This document shows, piece by piece, positions 25,406 to 37,400 of a stretch of 51,027 nucleotides of DNA. The notes under the pieces are model-generated. The model made no database searches, was not told the origin of the DNA, and saw nothing but the letters and a program-made list of their open reading frames with translations. The DNA is from Pelomyxa schiedti (lineage: Eukaryota; Protista; Evosea). The translations under genes were made by a program, and so were the position numbers. Position 1 is the first letter of the stretch. The number at the start of each line of letters is the position of its first letter. The stretch spans positions 1-51,027 of the forward strand of contig JAHLWZ010000617.1 in the NCBI GenBank assembly GCA_020536535.1. The letters are read 5' to 3'.

Positions 25406-28118
25406 TCAAAAGTATTCTGGGTGTGCAGGAAGCAAAAGTAGCAGCTGGGCACACAGGGAAGAAACCGGCGAAGGCGAAGTAGCAGCCAGAAGCAGCTCTA
25501 TCTCAAAGTGCTCCAGCACGGCCTGCACAGGCCTGGCCTTCCTCCTCGGGTCGGCCCTGCACGCGCCGCACCCGCAGCCGCAGCACGCCCTCAGCGTGGC
25601 CGCGATGTCCTCGGCCATCTGCACGTGCCTGATCTGCTGCCGGCTGATCTGGCGCGGGCCGCCCGCCCCCGCCTGCCTGGCCAGGATGGCCGCGACGCCC
25701 AGCATCGTGCGCACGAGCGAGTGCAGCAGGTGCTGGCTGCGCGCGACGCCGTGCCGCGGCTCGCCCCCGCACTGCACGAGCGCGCACAGGGCGCCGAGGA
25801 TGGCCGACTGCGCGCGCGCGTTGTGGAACTCGTGGAGCAGGTCGCTGACGCTCTGGTAGAACGGGGCGCCGAGGCTGCAGGCGAACTGGTCGCACTTCCT
25901 GGTCTTGGCTATCCGCTTTAGAGTCGTGAGCGCGAGGATGACGTACTCGGCGTCGTGGGAGGACGCGAAGTGGTACAGCTTTTTGGCTAGGTTTTGCCTG
26001 CCGGCGTGGTGAATATGGGAGGAACCCAAGGAGTTGTAACATACCAAAAAATTTCCTGCGGGATTAAGTCCACTGCAAGCTTTTTTGACAGAGCTGCCAA
26101 TGCACTGAGAGCTTGGTGGGTTTGCGACGGAGATCTCGAGATAACATGCATCAGAAAAATGTATACCTGTCATTACAATCTTAAATTAAGGAAACATAAG
26201 GCAACGAACCTTAGGTTTTGCGAGCGCTTGGATATTTTCAGGTGACTGACTCAAATAGAATATCGAACTCAAAACTTTACTTTCTTTTTGGAATGATGTT
26301 TCAAAAACTCTCTCAAGTAGACCTATGCAGCGATATAAGAGAGCACTCTTTTTTATTTTGGACTTACTTTGATAATCCTCTTCGGTTACAGACGAGCCAG
26401 GTACTCTTCCAAGAGGGTCAGAAGTGGGAAAGTGAAAGAGTTTCGTACAAAATATTTGGTGATAATTCCCTTTTATCAACTACTTTCATTAATGACTCCA
26501 CAAGTCCGGGTGCCTGTAGGAGTAAATGAATACGAATACGCAGTGGAAATGAATACCATGTCCAAGTAGAGTTTGCCTTCCAAACTTAGTGACAATATAT
26601 TGTGAAGTGCCCAGTCAATTTGGTACTGGAGCCCATAATCGAGAGAATTGATAAGTGACTGATAGAATACTTCAGCTTGTGGAAATTCTGTAGGACTGTT
26701 AGGAGAGTTGAAATGACCTCAAGCAACCAATATCAGTCCTTGGGTTTGATATGTGAATTGGATCAGTGAAGAGTTTACTGTTGTCAATGCCTGAGTGTTG
26801 TTAAAAATTGTTTAATTTTCATAATATGTACAATTTGGGATACTGTGTATGGTTTTCGGTTCTTCAGTTGAAGGAACAGAAAATGCTTGAGTTAACTGTG
26901 GAGAGACTTCAGCAAAGTTCACAACAAGGGGTTCCATCAAGGGGTGGAAATAGTGTGGCTTATTGGGATATGAAACCCCTGTTGGATGAAAGGTCGTCCG
27001 CTGCTTACACTCATAGTTGTAAAGATACTGGATGGCGATTAGAGTCTCTATAGTGGTAATTATCGGAATACTCGCAAGTAGTTCGTTCGAAGTTTGTAGG
27101 CAGGGCACTGAGTATTCGGGGGTAGAATTTTCTTGCTAATATCTTCCCATAAATTTTTGTGCACAACCTGAAACTTGATTTTAGAGGGGACTTGAATGAG
27201 AAGCACTGATACCGTAGCAAATCCGCCTTTATAAGCATTTACTTCTCTATATAATAAAAACAAATCCACATCGATTTTATCATCATGAACAGTTGGTCCT
27301 GCACTTTTGCAAGATATCTTCTTTCAGTTTGTTTTTTTTGAATGTAGCTTTTGTGTTTGTTTGCTTGGGATTATTTGGACAGCAGCTAACCTCTCTCTCA
27401 AAAAAGCTGACAGGGATTCAAAAAAAGTCCTTCGTTCAGATGCTTGATTTTGGTCCGGAAGATCGAGATACGGCACAAATGGTTTAAGAACGTGCTGCTC
27501 ACTTGGAGGAGAAAATGGTACAGGTGAAGTAGGGAGTGAATGTGACCTTGGTGAAAAAGGAGAAGTGCTTGGTTGTGGTGATTGTGAAGGCCAAGGGGAT
27601 GCTGATCCACTAGGCAAAGTCCCGCGAGATTGTACATTACTGGAGTACGCAGAACCAGGAGGTGTCTGAGTGAGGTCTAACGTCGCAATTGGACTCGCGC
27701 CACCCACGATGTTGGAGCCGCCACTTCCGCCAACACCACTGGTACTTATGGGAGTGACCTGAAGAGTGGAATTGGGTGCTGGTGGAGTAGGTGTCATCGG
27801 AGTTATAGAAGCGAAGTTCTGCATCATGCAGGTTTGAAGCGACTGTTTTCTGATGCCTCCATTGGTGCCGTTGCCGCCGCCGCCGCCGCCGGTGGGCACC
27901 GAGTGGAGGTGACCTGACGAAGGGGGAGCAGCAAGGCCACCCACTGTGTCACGCGCCGCAGGCCTGTTTACAGTAGGACCCAGGGCGCTGGGCGGCTGGG
28001 TTTGCTGCGGGAAAGTCGCCGCCGCACCGGTGCCCGTGGGTTGTTGCTGCTGCACTGGAAGCGTAGAAGTGAGCCGCTGTGTCGGGCGCAGCTGTTGGCT
28101 GTTGGGTGGGATCTGCAT
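25406..28118 (-). CDS. ARID-domain + ARM-like protein, SWI/SNF ARID1/ARID2-like subunit
   Basis: Low-complexity N-terminus; ARID ERRTFFESLSAFLRER, VDLFLLYREV..GGF, LWEDIS, YKLRTNYL..YLYNYE; LINSLDYGLQYQIDWAL motif; helical C-terminal region. Confidence 0.8.
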
Positions 28119-28497
28119 GTTTGGTGATTTTGTGCCGAGGTAGATTGGGTTTGGATAGTGACCACCACACTGTGAGGTGTGCTGGGGTGTCGATGGTTGT
28201 TGTTTTACTTGTGTAGTAAGGGAGAAAGAAGCGAATACAAACACAAGAGTTTATTGTTTATTACTTTGGCTTTTGCACTACGATGGTGTTGTTCCCGCCT
28301 TATAAAGGCGCTAGAATCAGTTCTAGGTGTCGCCTGAATCTCCCTCAGGGTCCCAACAGATTCGCGGTAGTTTTCCCAGAAATCCATCAGTGATTAGNNN
28401 NNNNNNNNNNNNNNNNNNNNNNNNNNNNNNNNNNNNNNNNNNNNNNNNNNNNNNNNNNNNNNNNNNNNNNNNNNNNNNNNNNNNNNNNNNNNNNNNN

Positions 28498-29092
28498 GTG
28501 AAGTAGGGAGTGAATGTGACCTTGGTGAAAAAGGAGAAGTGCTTGGTTGTGGTGATTGTGAAGGCCAAGGGGATGCTGATCCACTAGGCAAAGTCCCGCG
28601 AGATTGTACATTACTGGAATACGCAGAACCAGGAGGTGTCTGAGTGAGGTCTAACGTCGCAATGGGACTCGCGCCACCCACGATGTTGGAGCCGCCACTT
28701 CCGCCAACACCACTGGTACTTATGGGAGTAGTAACCTGAAGAGTGGAATTGGGTGCTGGTGGAGTAGGTGTCATCGGAGTTATAGAAGCGAAGTTCTGCA
28801 TCATGCAGGTTTGAAGCGACTGGTTTCTGATGCCTCCATTGGTGCCGCTGCCGCCCCCGCCGCTGGCGGGCACCGAGTGGAGGTGACCTGACGAAGGAGG
28901 AGCAACAAGGCCACCCACTGTGTCACGCGCCGCAGGCCTGTTTACAGTAGGACCCAGGGCGCTGGGCGGCTGGGTTTGCTGCGGGAAAGTCGTCGTCGCA
29001 CCGCTGCCCGTGGGTTGTTGCTGCTGCACTGGAAGCGTAGAAGTGAGCCGCTGTGTCGGGCGCGGCTGTTGGCTGTTGGGTGGGATCTGCAT
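28498..29092 (-). CDS. Second, diverged copy of the ARID gene N-terminus, truncated by gap 28398-28497
   Basis: 28498-29099 aligns with 27524-28125 with scattered substitutions and in-frame indels; upstream sequences unrelated. Confidence 0.7.
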
Positions 29093-29149
29093 GTTTGGTT
29101 CTTTTTACTTGTTTTTTTCTGGTTCTGCACTGTGTGGCTGCGGTGTCTC

Positions 29150-32100
29150 ATGGGGGGTGTACAAGGGAAAGAAGGGGAGGAACTGTACGCAAGGGAGAAG
29201 ATCTACATCAGCCAAGGCGTATCACTGGACGGTATATGCCGGGCCCTTGTGCACCCTAGCTGCGCCTGTAAACATCTGACGCTTAGATGTACGCCTTTCG
29301 ATGTTTGGCTTACACTCACAAACAAACAAGGTAACAATATTGGTGATGAGGGTGCCGCCAGCGTCGCGCGCGCACTTTCGTCAAACAACTCACTTGTGTG
29401 CCTGAATCTTGGTGGTATGTCAGTTGTCACGACTGCCCACCCAATCACTCATTCCCCCTTTCCAACTGACACACACTCACAAACAAACAAGATAACAAAA
29501 TTGGTGATGAGGGTGCAGCAAGCATTGCACGTGCACTTTCGTCAAACAACTCACTCGTGTGCCTGGATCTTGATAGTATGTCAGTTGGCACGACTGCCCA
29601 CCCAATCACTCATTCCCCCTTTCCAACTGACACACACTCACAAACAAACAAGATAACAATATTGGTGATGAGGGTGCAGCAAGCATTGCCCGCGCACTTT
29701 CGTCAAACAACTCACTCGTGTCTCTGTATCTTCATAGTATGTCAGTTGGCATGACTGCCCACCCAATCACTCATTCCCCCTTTCCAACTGACACACACTC
29801 ACAAACAAACAAGGTAACAATATTGGTGATGAGGGTGCAGCAAGCATTGCCCGCGCACTTTCGTCAAACAACTCACTCGTGTCTCTGTATCTTTATAGTG
29901 TGTCGACTGCCCACCCAATCACTCATTCCCCCTTTCCAACTGACACACACTCACAAACAAACAAGATAACAATATTGGTGATGAGGGTGCAGCAAGCATT
30001 GCACGTGCACTTTCGTCAAACAACTCACTCGTGTGCCTGAATCTTTATAGTATGTCAGTTGGCACGACTGCCCACCCAATCACTCATTCCCCCTTTCCAA
30101 CTGACACACACTCACAAACAAACAAGATAGCAATATTGGTGCTGAGGGTGCAGCAAGCATGGCACGTGCACTTTCGTCAAACAACTCACTCGTGTCCCTG
30201 TATCTTTGTTGTGTGTCGACTGCCCACCCAATCACTCATTCCCCCTTTCCAACTGACACACACTCACAAACAAACAAGATAACAATATTGGTGATGAGGG
30301 TGCAGCAAGCATTGCCCGCGCACTTTCGTCAAACAACTCACTCGTGTCTCTGGATCTTCATAGTATGTCAGTTGGCATGACTGCCCACCCAATCACTCAT
30401 TCCCCCTTTCCAACTGACACACACTCACAAACAAACAAGGTAACATTATTGGTGCTAAGGGTGCAGCAAGCATTGCACGTGCACTTTCGTCAAACAACTC
30501 ACTCGTGTCCCTGAATCTTGATAGTATGTCAGTTGGACTGCCACGCACTCATTCCTCCTTTACTGCAACCAATTGACACACTCACCAAACAAACAAGGTA
30601 ACAATATTGGTGCTGAGGGTGCAGCAAGCATTGCCGGTGCGTTTTCATCAAAAATTTCACTTGTGCCCCCGCATCTTCACAGTATGGTCATTGGCGTGTG
30701 CCACTCGTTATTCCTCTCTTTTCCAATTAACTCACAAACAAAGGGAGCCAAAGAGGGCCCAAGGGGGGTGCAGGTTCCATAGAGACAAGTACATTATTCC
30801 TGTGGTTTTCCTGGTTGGTGTGTGCTACGTCTCCAATGGCTTCTCTCTTGGTATTGCTAGATAGGGCATCAGCAGAAGATATCTATGTCTTTGTGGGTGA
30901 GACCCGATACAATTCCCTATCCCTGGGACTGTGTGTGTATCTCGTACAAGTGGACAACCCAATGATACACAACCCATTGGTGGATCTCTTTGCCATTTCC
31001 ATTGAGATCGTGGACTCAGATGATCGTTACCCATGTTTCTTGCACCCCCCTCAAACCCCCAATTTCTGAGCACTAATCATCTCAAAGGTTCATATCCCAG
31101 TCCAATATCTATTTCTATTGGTGCTGCTTCCATCTTGCAGTTTACTTACTCAACTGAATAAAACATAAAACTGTAGACAAAAAATACTTCGATCTTAATT
31201 CATGTGAACCTCCTACGTCTTCAAGTATGATATTATCTGAGCTCACCCACAAGTTGGCTTCTATATTGAGAGATGAATTTCCACAACAATTACAGTCAGT
31301 CCCACAACTCACCCAATCACACCATGGCACTTTGACACCAGTAGGACTTCCTCCAATATGTGCAACGAAAACGACTACATCCAGATACACAAAAACCACC
31401 AAAAGTACTGCAGAAGGGGGTGACAATAGCAGCATTTTGAACTCTGTCAACGAGATTTCCATGTTGATCAGAACAATAAAACTCGCACTGGAGCATGTAT
31501 TTCTCATTTTTCCCCGTTTGTTCAATAATAATTGATAGGAAAAAGAACTTATGTTAGTTTGCTCTAACATTGAGGAGTACTATCAAAAGTTTACCTCTTT
31601 TATCGATTTCAGCTGTATGCGAACCATTGAGATGGGTGACATTGACATCTCTTCTGCCAAAGTTTGAAGCCTTCTTCCATTTGAGATTCCCTCACACTCA
31701 AAACAAAAAAGATTCTTGGGTTTGGATGCAATGGAACCACGAGCAGTGTGATGCTGAAACCAACAAACGATTGGCACATTCCAAGAAAGATAATCGAGCA
31801 AGGTGTGGCATTGAAGATGATGTTCAACCTGGAATTTCGGCCAGGCAGCGTTGGAACCACGGAGCATCAGAGGAACCGATTTGACAAGGAGTATCGCTCG
31901 CTCATTCAAAACACCCACTGGGGTTTGGCCAACATCATCAGTTTTTTCAGGAGTTACACTCAGGTATTCATCATCCACCCAGGCTCAATAACAATAATAT
32001 CACTTTCTGTGCTTCCCCAAAAAGGAAGAGTTGATACCAAAAGACAGGAAAATGTGCTTGGTTTCATCTGAGACAGGGAAGCCAGTGGACTCAACTCCCC

Positions 32101-33279
32101 ACAACCACCGTGAATGTGTTTCAATATATGACAGAACCACATTCATCACACAGGAGCTTGGCTCTGTAACACTTGAAAAGCACATGCAACAAGCCGAGTT
32201 ACCCACGCCATCATTCTCACAGCAGCAGAATCGCAGTGCCGCTGCCACAAAAACAGATACTACGACCTCCAGCGTTCTTCCTCTTGGAATGGACAAGACA
32301 TTGGAGAGCACCTTCCAGCTGCTTTCAACCGTGGACCACCTCAACAACACGTGTGGATTGTTCCACATGGACATCAAGTCTGACAACATCCTCTTCCTGG
32401 AGAGAGCCGGCTTCACAGGCCAGTTCACGGTTCTGTGTGACTTTGGAACCTCAGTGAGCATCAACCCCTCTTCTTCAGTAAGTGACGGCGGAAGCAGCAC
32501 CGGCGGCGTCACACCCGGGATGCTCGAACTGGGTCAGAACGAGGTGCCGGAAGGAAATATTCTCAACAGAGCACCAGAAACACTGAGACCTGTTTCACTG
32601 AAACCAAGGTGTTCCAAGCTCCCCCAATCATCATTTCTTGGAATTAATCACACTCACATGTGAACGCAGGTCGTCAAGCACATACAACGTGTCCAAGACC
32701 GACCTTTGGGCCGTTGGGTGCGTTGTGTGGCAGATGTGCACCGGGACCACACCATTCACGAGCGAGGAAGCGATCACGTCCAAGCCCCTGACTATCCCGG
32801 CTGGTCTCCTCAGCGAGTGCCCGTGCCTGTTCCATCTCCTCAAGCGAGTGTTTGACAGGAACCCCGCGACCAGGCCCTCTGCCGGCCTCGCCTCCATCTT
32901 CGTGGGCTCGCACCTCTTCCTTCCCTATCTCAACGACATCGTGACCCGCATCAAATCCCCTGCTCCGGCTCCCGCTCCCACTCCCGCGCCCGCTCCCGCT
33001 CCCGCTCCCGCTTCCCCGCGCACACCCACATCCACATCGGCCGCAGCCAGCAATGCCTCGTCACCGCCATCGTCAGTGGCGAGGGAGTCTGGCATTGAAC
33101 AGAGCTTGTGTGCCCTGAAATCGCAGACGTGCGCTGCCATTGATGCACTGATGGAACAGCAGAAGCACTTGGAATGGAAGGAAAGGACGATTCCAGTGAG
33201 GTTGTTCCTTCAGCTCGTTTTCCTCCATCATGCCACTCCTGCCCTCATCCTCCTCGCCCTCAACACCTTTTCTCCTTGA
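29150..33279 (+). CDS. Putatively myristoylated RI/NLRC3-type LRR array + linker + PINK1-like protein kinase
   Basis: MGGVQGK start; 9 LRR exons; frame traced through GT-AG introns into the kinase: ILGFGCNG, VALKMMFN, RTTFITQEL, HMDIKSDNIL, LCDFG, GNILNRAPE, SKTDLWAVG, RNPATRP. Confidence 0.85.
29331..30743 (+). repeat. Tandem exon-intron array: nine 84-nt LRR exons separated by near-identical 68-77-nt introns (unit 152-161 bp; last intron 62 nt, diverged)
   Basis: Exons start at 29331, 29492, 29653, 29814, 29966, 30127, 30279, 30440, 30598; consensus xNNIGDEGAASIARALSSNNSLVxLxLx; all introns phase 1. Confidence 0.97.
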
Positions 33280-33453
33280 CAGTAACACAAAAAAGGAATA
33301 ACAATTATCTTTTGCTTATTGACTTCGGCACGAAAAGGGGAATTGGTTGCTTGGTGTATGACGAGTGTTGGGTTCAAGATTTGAATGGAGAGCACAGTTA
33401 AATCGATGCCGATCAGTCTAAGTCAAGACAGAACTGTGGGTTATACCAAGAGA

Positions 33454-33997
33454 TTACAGCTCTTTCATATTTGTGTATTCAACCCAGAAGTTACACTTGG
33501 TGAGGAAGTACTTTGCAGATGTTTCATAGTCCTCAACTCTACTCCTCACACGCCAGTTTACTGTGTCCTCCATTGCCCAGTTCTGCAGTTTGTTTTGTAT
33601 ATATTAGAATGTAAAAAGAAGCTTGAAATTAAGGAGGTTAATAACCATCACTTCTAGGGATTTCTTTGCCCCAAGCCACAAGTCATACAGCTCCACGATG
33701 TGGTCTTCCCCTAATTTCGTGGTAATTACAGAAAAAACCCCGTCATCGCATCACTCAAAGCCATTGACGCAGCTCACATATATGATCCACGAAGGTGCAA
33801 AACGAATCACAGGCCTGATCAGACTTGAGCCTCATCGAGCACGTTTCGGAGCAGCTTACGTGAAGCCCCTGAACCATCCCCTTCATTTCGTCGATATCGA
33901 CAGCCAACCGTTCGCCCACGGTGCCACACGTCATCCGTGCAACTGCAAAAACCACCATCCCTATCACCACACACCCCCACCACGTCACCCTCGTCAT
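33454..33997 (-). CDS. Small secretory-pathway protein ending in MKEL (possible ER retention)
   Basis: Signal peptide MTRVTWWGCVVIGMVVFAVA; three exons joined by GT-AG introns; C-terminus …YTNMKEL*. Confidence 0.5.
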
Positions 33998-34452
33998 CAC
34001 AGGTGTTGTTCGTCTACTTTGTGAATTCGATTCTCTAATACACGCGGAGAATTGGTACCCCTGACGGGAAGGATCCTCAATGAGTCACGGTTCACCAATC
34101 CACAGGCGTGGGAATTACCCTGGGTGTGTGGGTTGTGAGGAGTGATGAGAATCTTGGTGTGCCCAACTAATGATGACCATTCCAACCTACTCACCGTATA
34201 AACCCCCGGTGCATTGTGTAAATAGTTACGACAGTTGTGGGGAAACAAAACATAACATCTGAGAAGAACGGCGTTGTTCAGACCACAACTTCCCTCACCA
34301 AGTATCTTACAGGGTTCGTCCAACACAATCCGGGGGTTTGTTAACAGGCCTTCTTTGAAGGAACTGAACGAACCGGACTTCAAATAAACGTTGTTTCACT
34401 GCCCTGAATTTCCATTGCCAACGGTTGCCAGTGTGTGGTTGTGTGGCGACCA

Positions 34453-37400
34453 ATGAAGCAACGCGGTTGCACCCATCCGACGCGGTTCTCCCCCCTCGTT
34501 CTCCTTCTCATAGGAGCAGCTGTGGTCTTCCTCTCGTCGTCTTCGTCTTCGTCTTCGGCTCCTTCGCCGGGCGCGAGGTCCAGCAACAACACGGACGGAT
34601 GCCTGCCGGACCAAGTGGAGGCGCTCGCGGACATCAAGCGCATATGTGAGCCGTGGCCGTGGCGCGACATCACGGAAGATACCATAGCGTCGCGGTGCGT
34701 GCCCTGCGACCCCGGCTTGGTTGGCGTCGTCTGTGATAAAGGTCACGGGAATGTGATAGCCCTGTACGCTGTTTACCCCCTCCCTTCCCCCTCACTTTTC
34801 CTCTCTCTCGGCGTACTTGGCTTTTTCACAGTATTCTTTTGTACTTGTTTTTTTTTTTCCTCCCCAGACACATGTCAAATTTCCAGATGACTGGATATAT
34901 TCCTGCCTCTCTTTCCAGTATGACAAGCCTACAAATCTTGTGTGATGTTGCAAAAGTTGGTTCTTTAAACTTATTTGTTTTCCAGGGACTTCTCCTACAA
35001 CTACATTTCTGGCTCAATACCTTCTATCATTCCTCTGTCCATCACTGAACTGTAAGTGACCTTTCTTAGAAATACTCAATCTGAGCTTTTAAGCTACCTG
35101 GGAGGAAATAAACTTACTGGCACAATACCAGACATGGTTTGGCATCAGAATAGAAGTCTAATGTACTCTCAAGAAGTACTCTAACATACTAAACTCTCAT
35201 ATTACAGCTCATTAGGCGGTAATTCACTTGATGGCTCTCTCCCCGATTCAGTTGCTGAAATGCACACTTTGAGAGAACTGTAGTTGATTCAGTCCCATGT
35301 GACCATTAACCTTTCTTTAGGTGGCTGCAATCAAACGAACTGGATGGAACTATTCCTTCCAGTATATTTAATTTGACAAACCTCCTAGTCTTGTATATGT
35401 TTCAACTATTTAGCTTTTTGCTACCCTTTATTTAGTAGTGCTGGAAACAATCACCTCACAGGGTCGCTCCCTGGACTTTTCAATTCATCCCTGATTTATT
35501 TGTAACTCCCCCCTTCCATGTGATAATTTTGAAGTTCAATCCAGAGATCTAGAAAGTAATGACTTATCAGGGCCCCTCAGCTTTTCTCTATTTGCATCAC
35601 CAATACAAATGCTGTACTCTACTCTTTCATGTCTTTCTCAAATGTGAAAATAACTAAGGTATTTACAAGAAAATGATTTCTGTGGGGCTTTACCAGATGT
35701 ATCTCGATTACTCCCCCGAATTATTGACATGTCAGCTCCTAATCCAAGAAATTGATATTTCAATTCATCCATGTTTCAGGGAAGTTAATGACAATAACTT
35801 GGATGGGCCCCTTCCATCTTTCCTGGGTGAATGTTCACACCTAACTTTACTGTATGAGGCTCAATTCTCTAAAAATTGACTTTACTTCGCAGGGTTACTG
35901 CAAACAACCATTTCACTGGTTCTATACCTTCATCATTTTCTGCACTTACAGGAATCGTGTACCTGTTAAGTTACCTTGCTTCCACTCTCTTTCCATTCAT
36001 CCTCTACCAGAGACCTGGGTGGTAACGAATTGACGGGGTCAATACCAAACTTCATATCTAATTTCACTTCACTAGGGTATTTGTATGTACATTACAGTAC
36101 CACAGCTGTCTCTGACTTTCTACATAGGAGTCTTGCTAATAACTTCTTTTCTGGGAGTTTTCCTTCTTGGATAACCAGTCTATCCCTCTTAACAATTTTG
36201 TATTACCCATAGAAATTTGTGTCTAACTAAGTATCCCAAGGGATTTAAGTAGGAACTCCCTGACCAATGATATCCCTGTCACAATTGGGGCTCTCACTTT
36301 ATTGAAAACTCTGTACAACACCCTTTAATAGCCTCAGTTTTACAACAAAAACAGAGATCTGAGTCACAATCAGCTTAGTGGATCAATTCCACATTCCATT
36401 TATAGTCTCTACTATCTTTCCCATTTGTACTTTCCATACCCAATGTTCTATCTTAACACCCAATTAGGAGTTTGGAGTTCAATTCCTTAAAAGGCACAAT
36501 CTCGCCAGATGTGAAAAATTTTGGCATTTTAGCTGAGCTGTAGCTTCCCCCACCCACTTTTCTCTCTCTTTTTTTTGACACAACACAAGTATGCTAGGTC
36601 ACAACCAGCTCACGGGAATTATTCCATCAACAATTGGTAGACTAGCTGCACTTAAAAAATTGTATCCGCTTTAGTACTGCATAATTTGACAACTTTTCTA
36701 GGTCTCTAACTTACAATCACCTTACTGGTAGTGCTCCACCGGAACTTGCCAATACTATTCTCTTGTTAGCAAAAGTTTAATTACCTTTTGAGGCTTATAC
36801 TTTTACAGGGACCTCTCATACAACTATCTAACTGGTACATTACCACCCTCATTTGCGAATATTCCCACTTGGTATCCTTTATCCTTTTTTTTTTCAATGG
36901 GCTCACCTCTGAGTTGTAGTTTTTCTGCATATAATTGCTTACAACCCAGTTCTTTTTGTTATTCCTACTCATCACGAGAAGATTGTAGCTGTACGGAAAC
37001 CACGGGAATGTGTGATGACTCCAATTCGTGCACAGGTATCAAAAAACACCAAAAACGAAAACTTTAAAATAATAAAACCAAAAAGACGATAATTGCTCAT
37101 ACATCACTGTTGCAAATGCCAGTTTTGTTTCATGTAAAAATAGCAATAACGATACCAATACTTGTGATGATGGCTCAACACTCACGGAAAGCTTTTGCTT
37201 TGCTGGCACGTGTATGAGTGAAAACGAGGGCACTCTTGCAGAAGTGCAAACTCTATGTGATATGTATAACTCCATGACACCACTCAACTGGTCAACACCT
37301 TGCTTTTTCCGCGTACCCTGTCAGGAACCTCTTTTGGGAATTAGTTGTAATCCAGATACATATAGGGTCACATCTATGTATGTCCCTCATATTTCTTTTT

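Noticed and set aside
25024-25452. 142-codon minus-strand ORF
   Set aside because: No convincing start, no homology, and it runs through repeat family B.
28205-28387. Extra upstream exon (MDFWENY…) for the ARID gene
   Set aside because: The obvious splice leads directly into a TAA stop.
29331-30681. CRISPR-like array, or a diversity-generating retroelement (most variable codons are N(A/G)T, derivable from AAT)
   Set aside because: The units are exon+intron with no unique spacers. No reverse transcriptase or template repeat is in the window, and the neighbouring AAC AAC codons are invariant in units 1-8.
33997-34383. ORF with kinase Gly-loop-like ILGEGSCG; also TGATGA/CTGA snoRNA-like boxes on the + strand
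   Set aside because: No other kinase motifs, no ATG start, and no recognisable rRNA guide.
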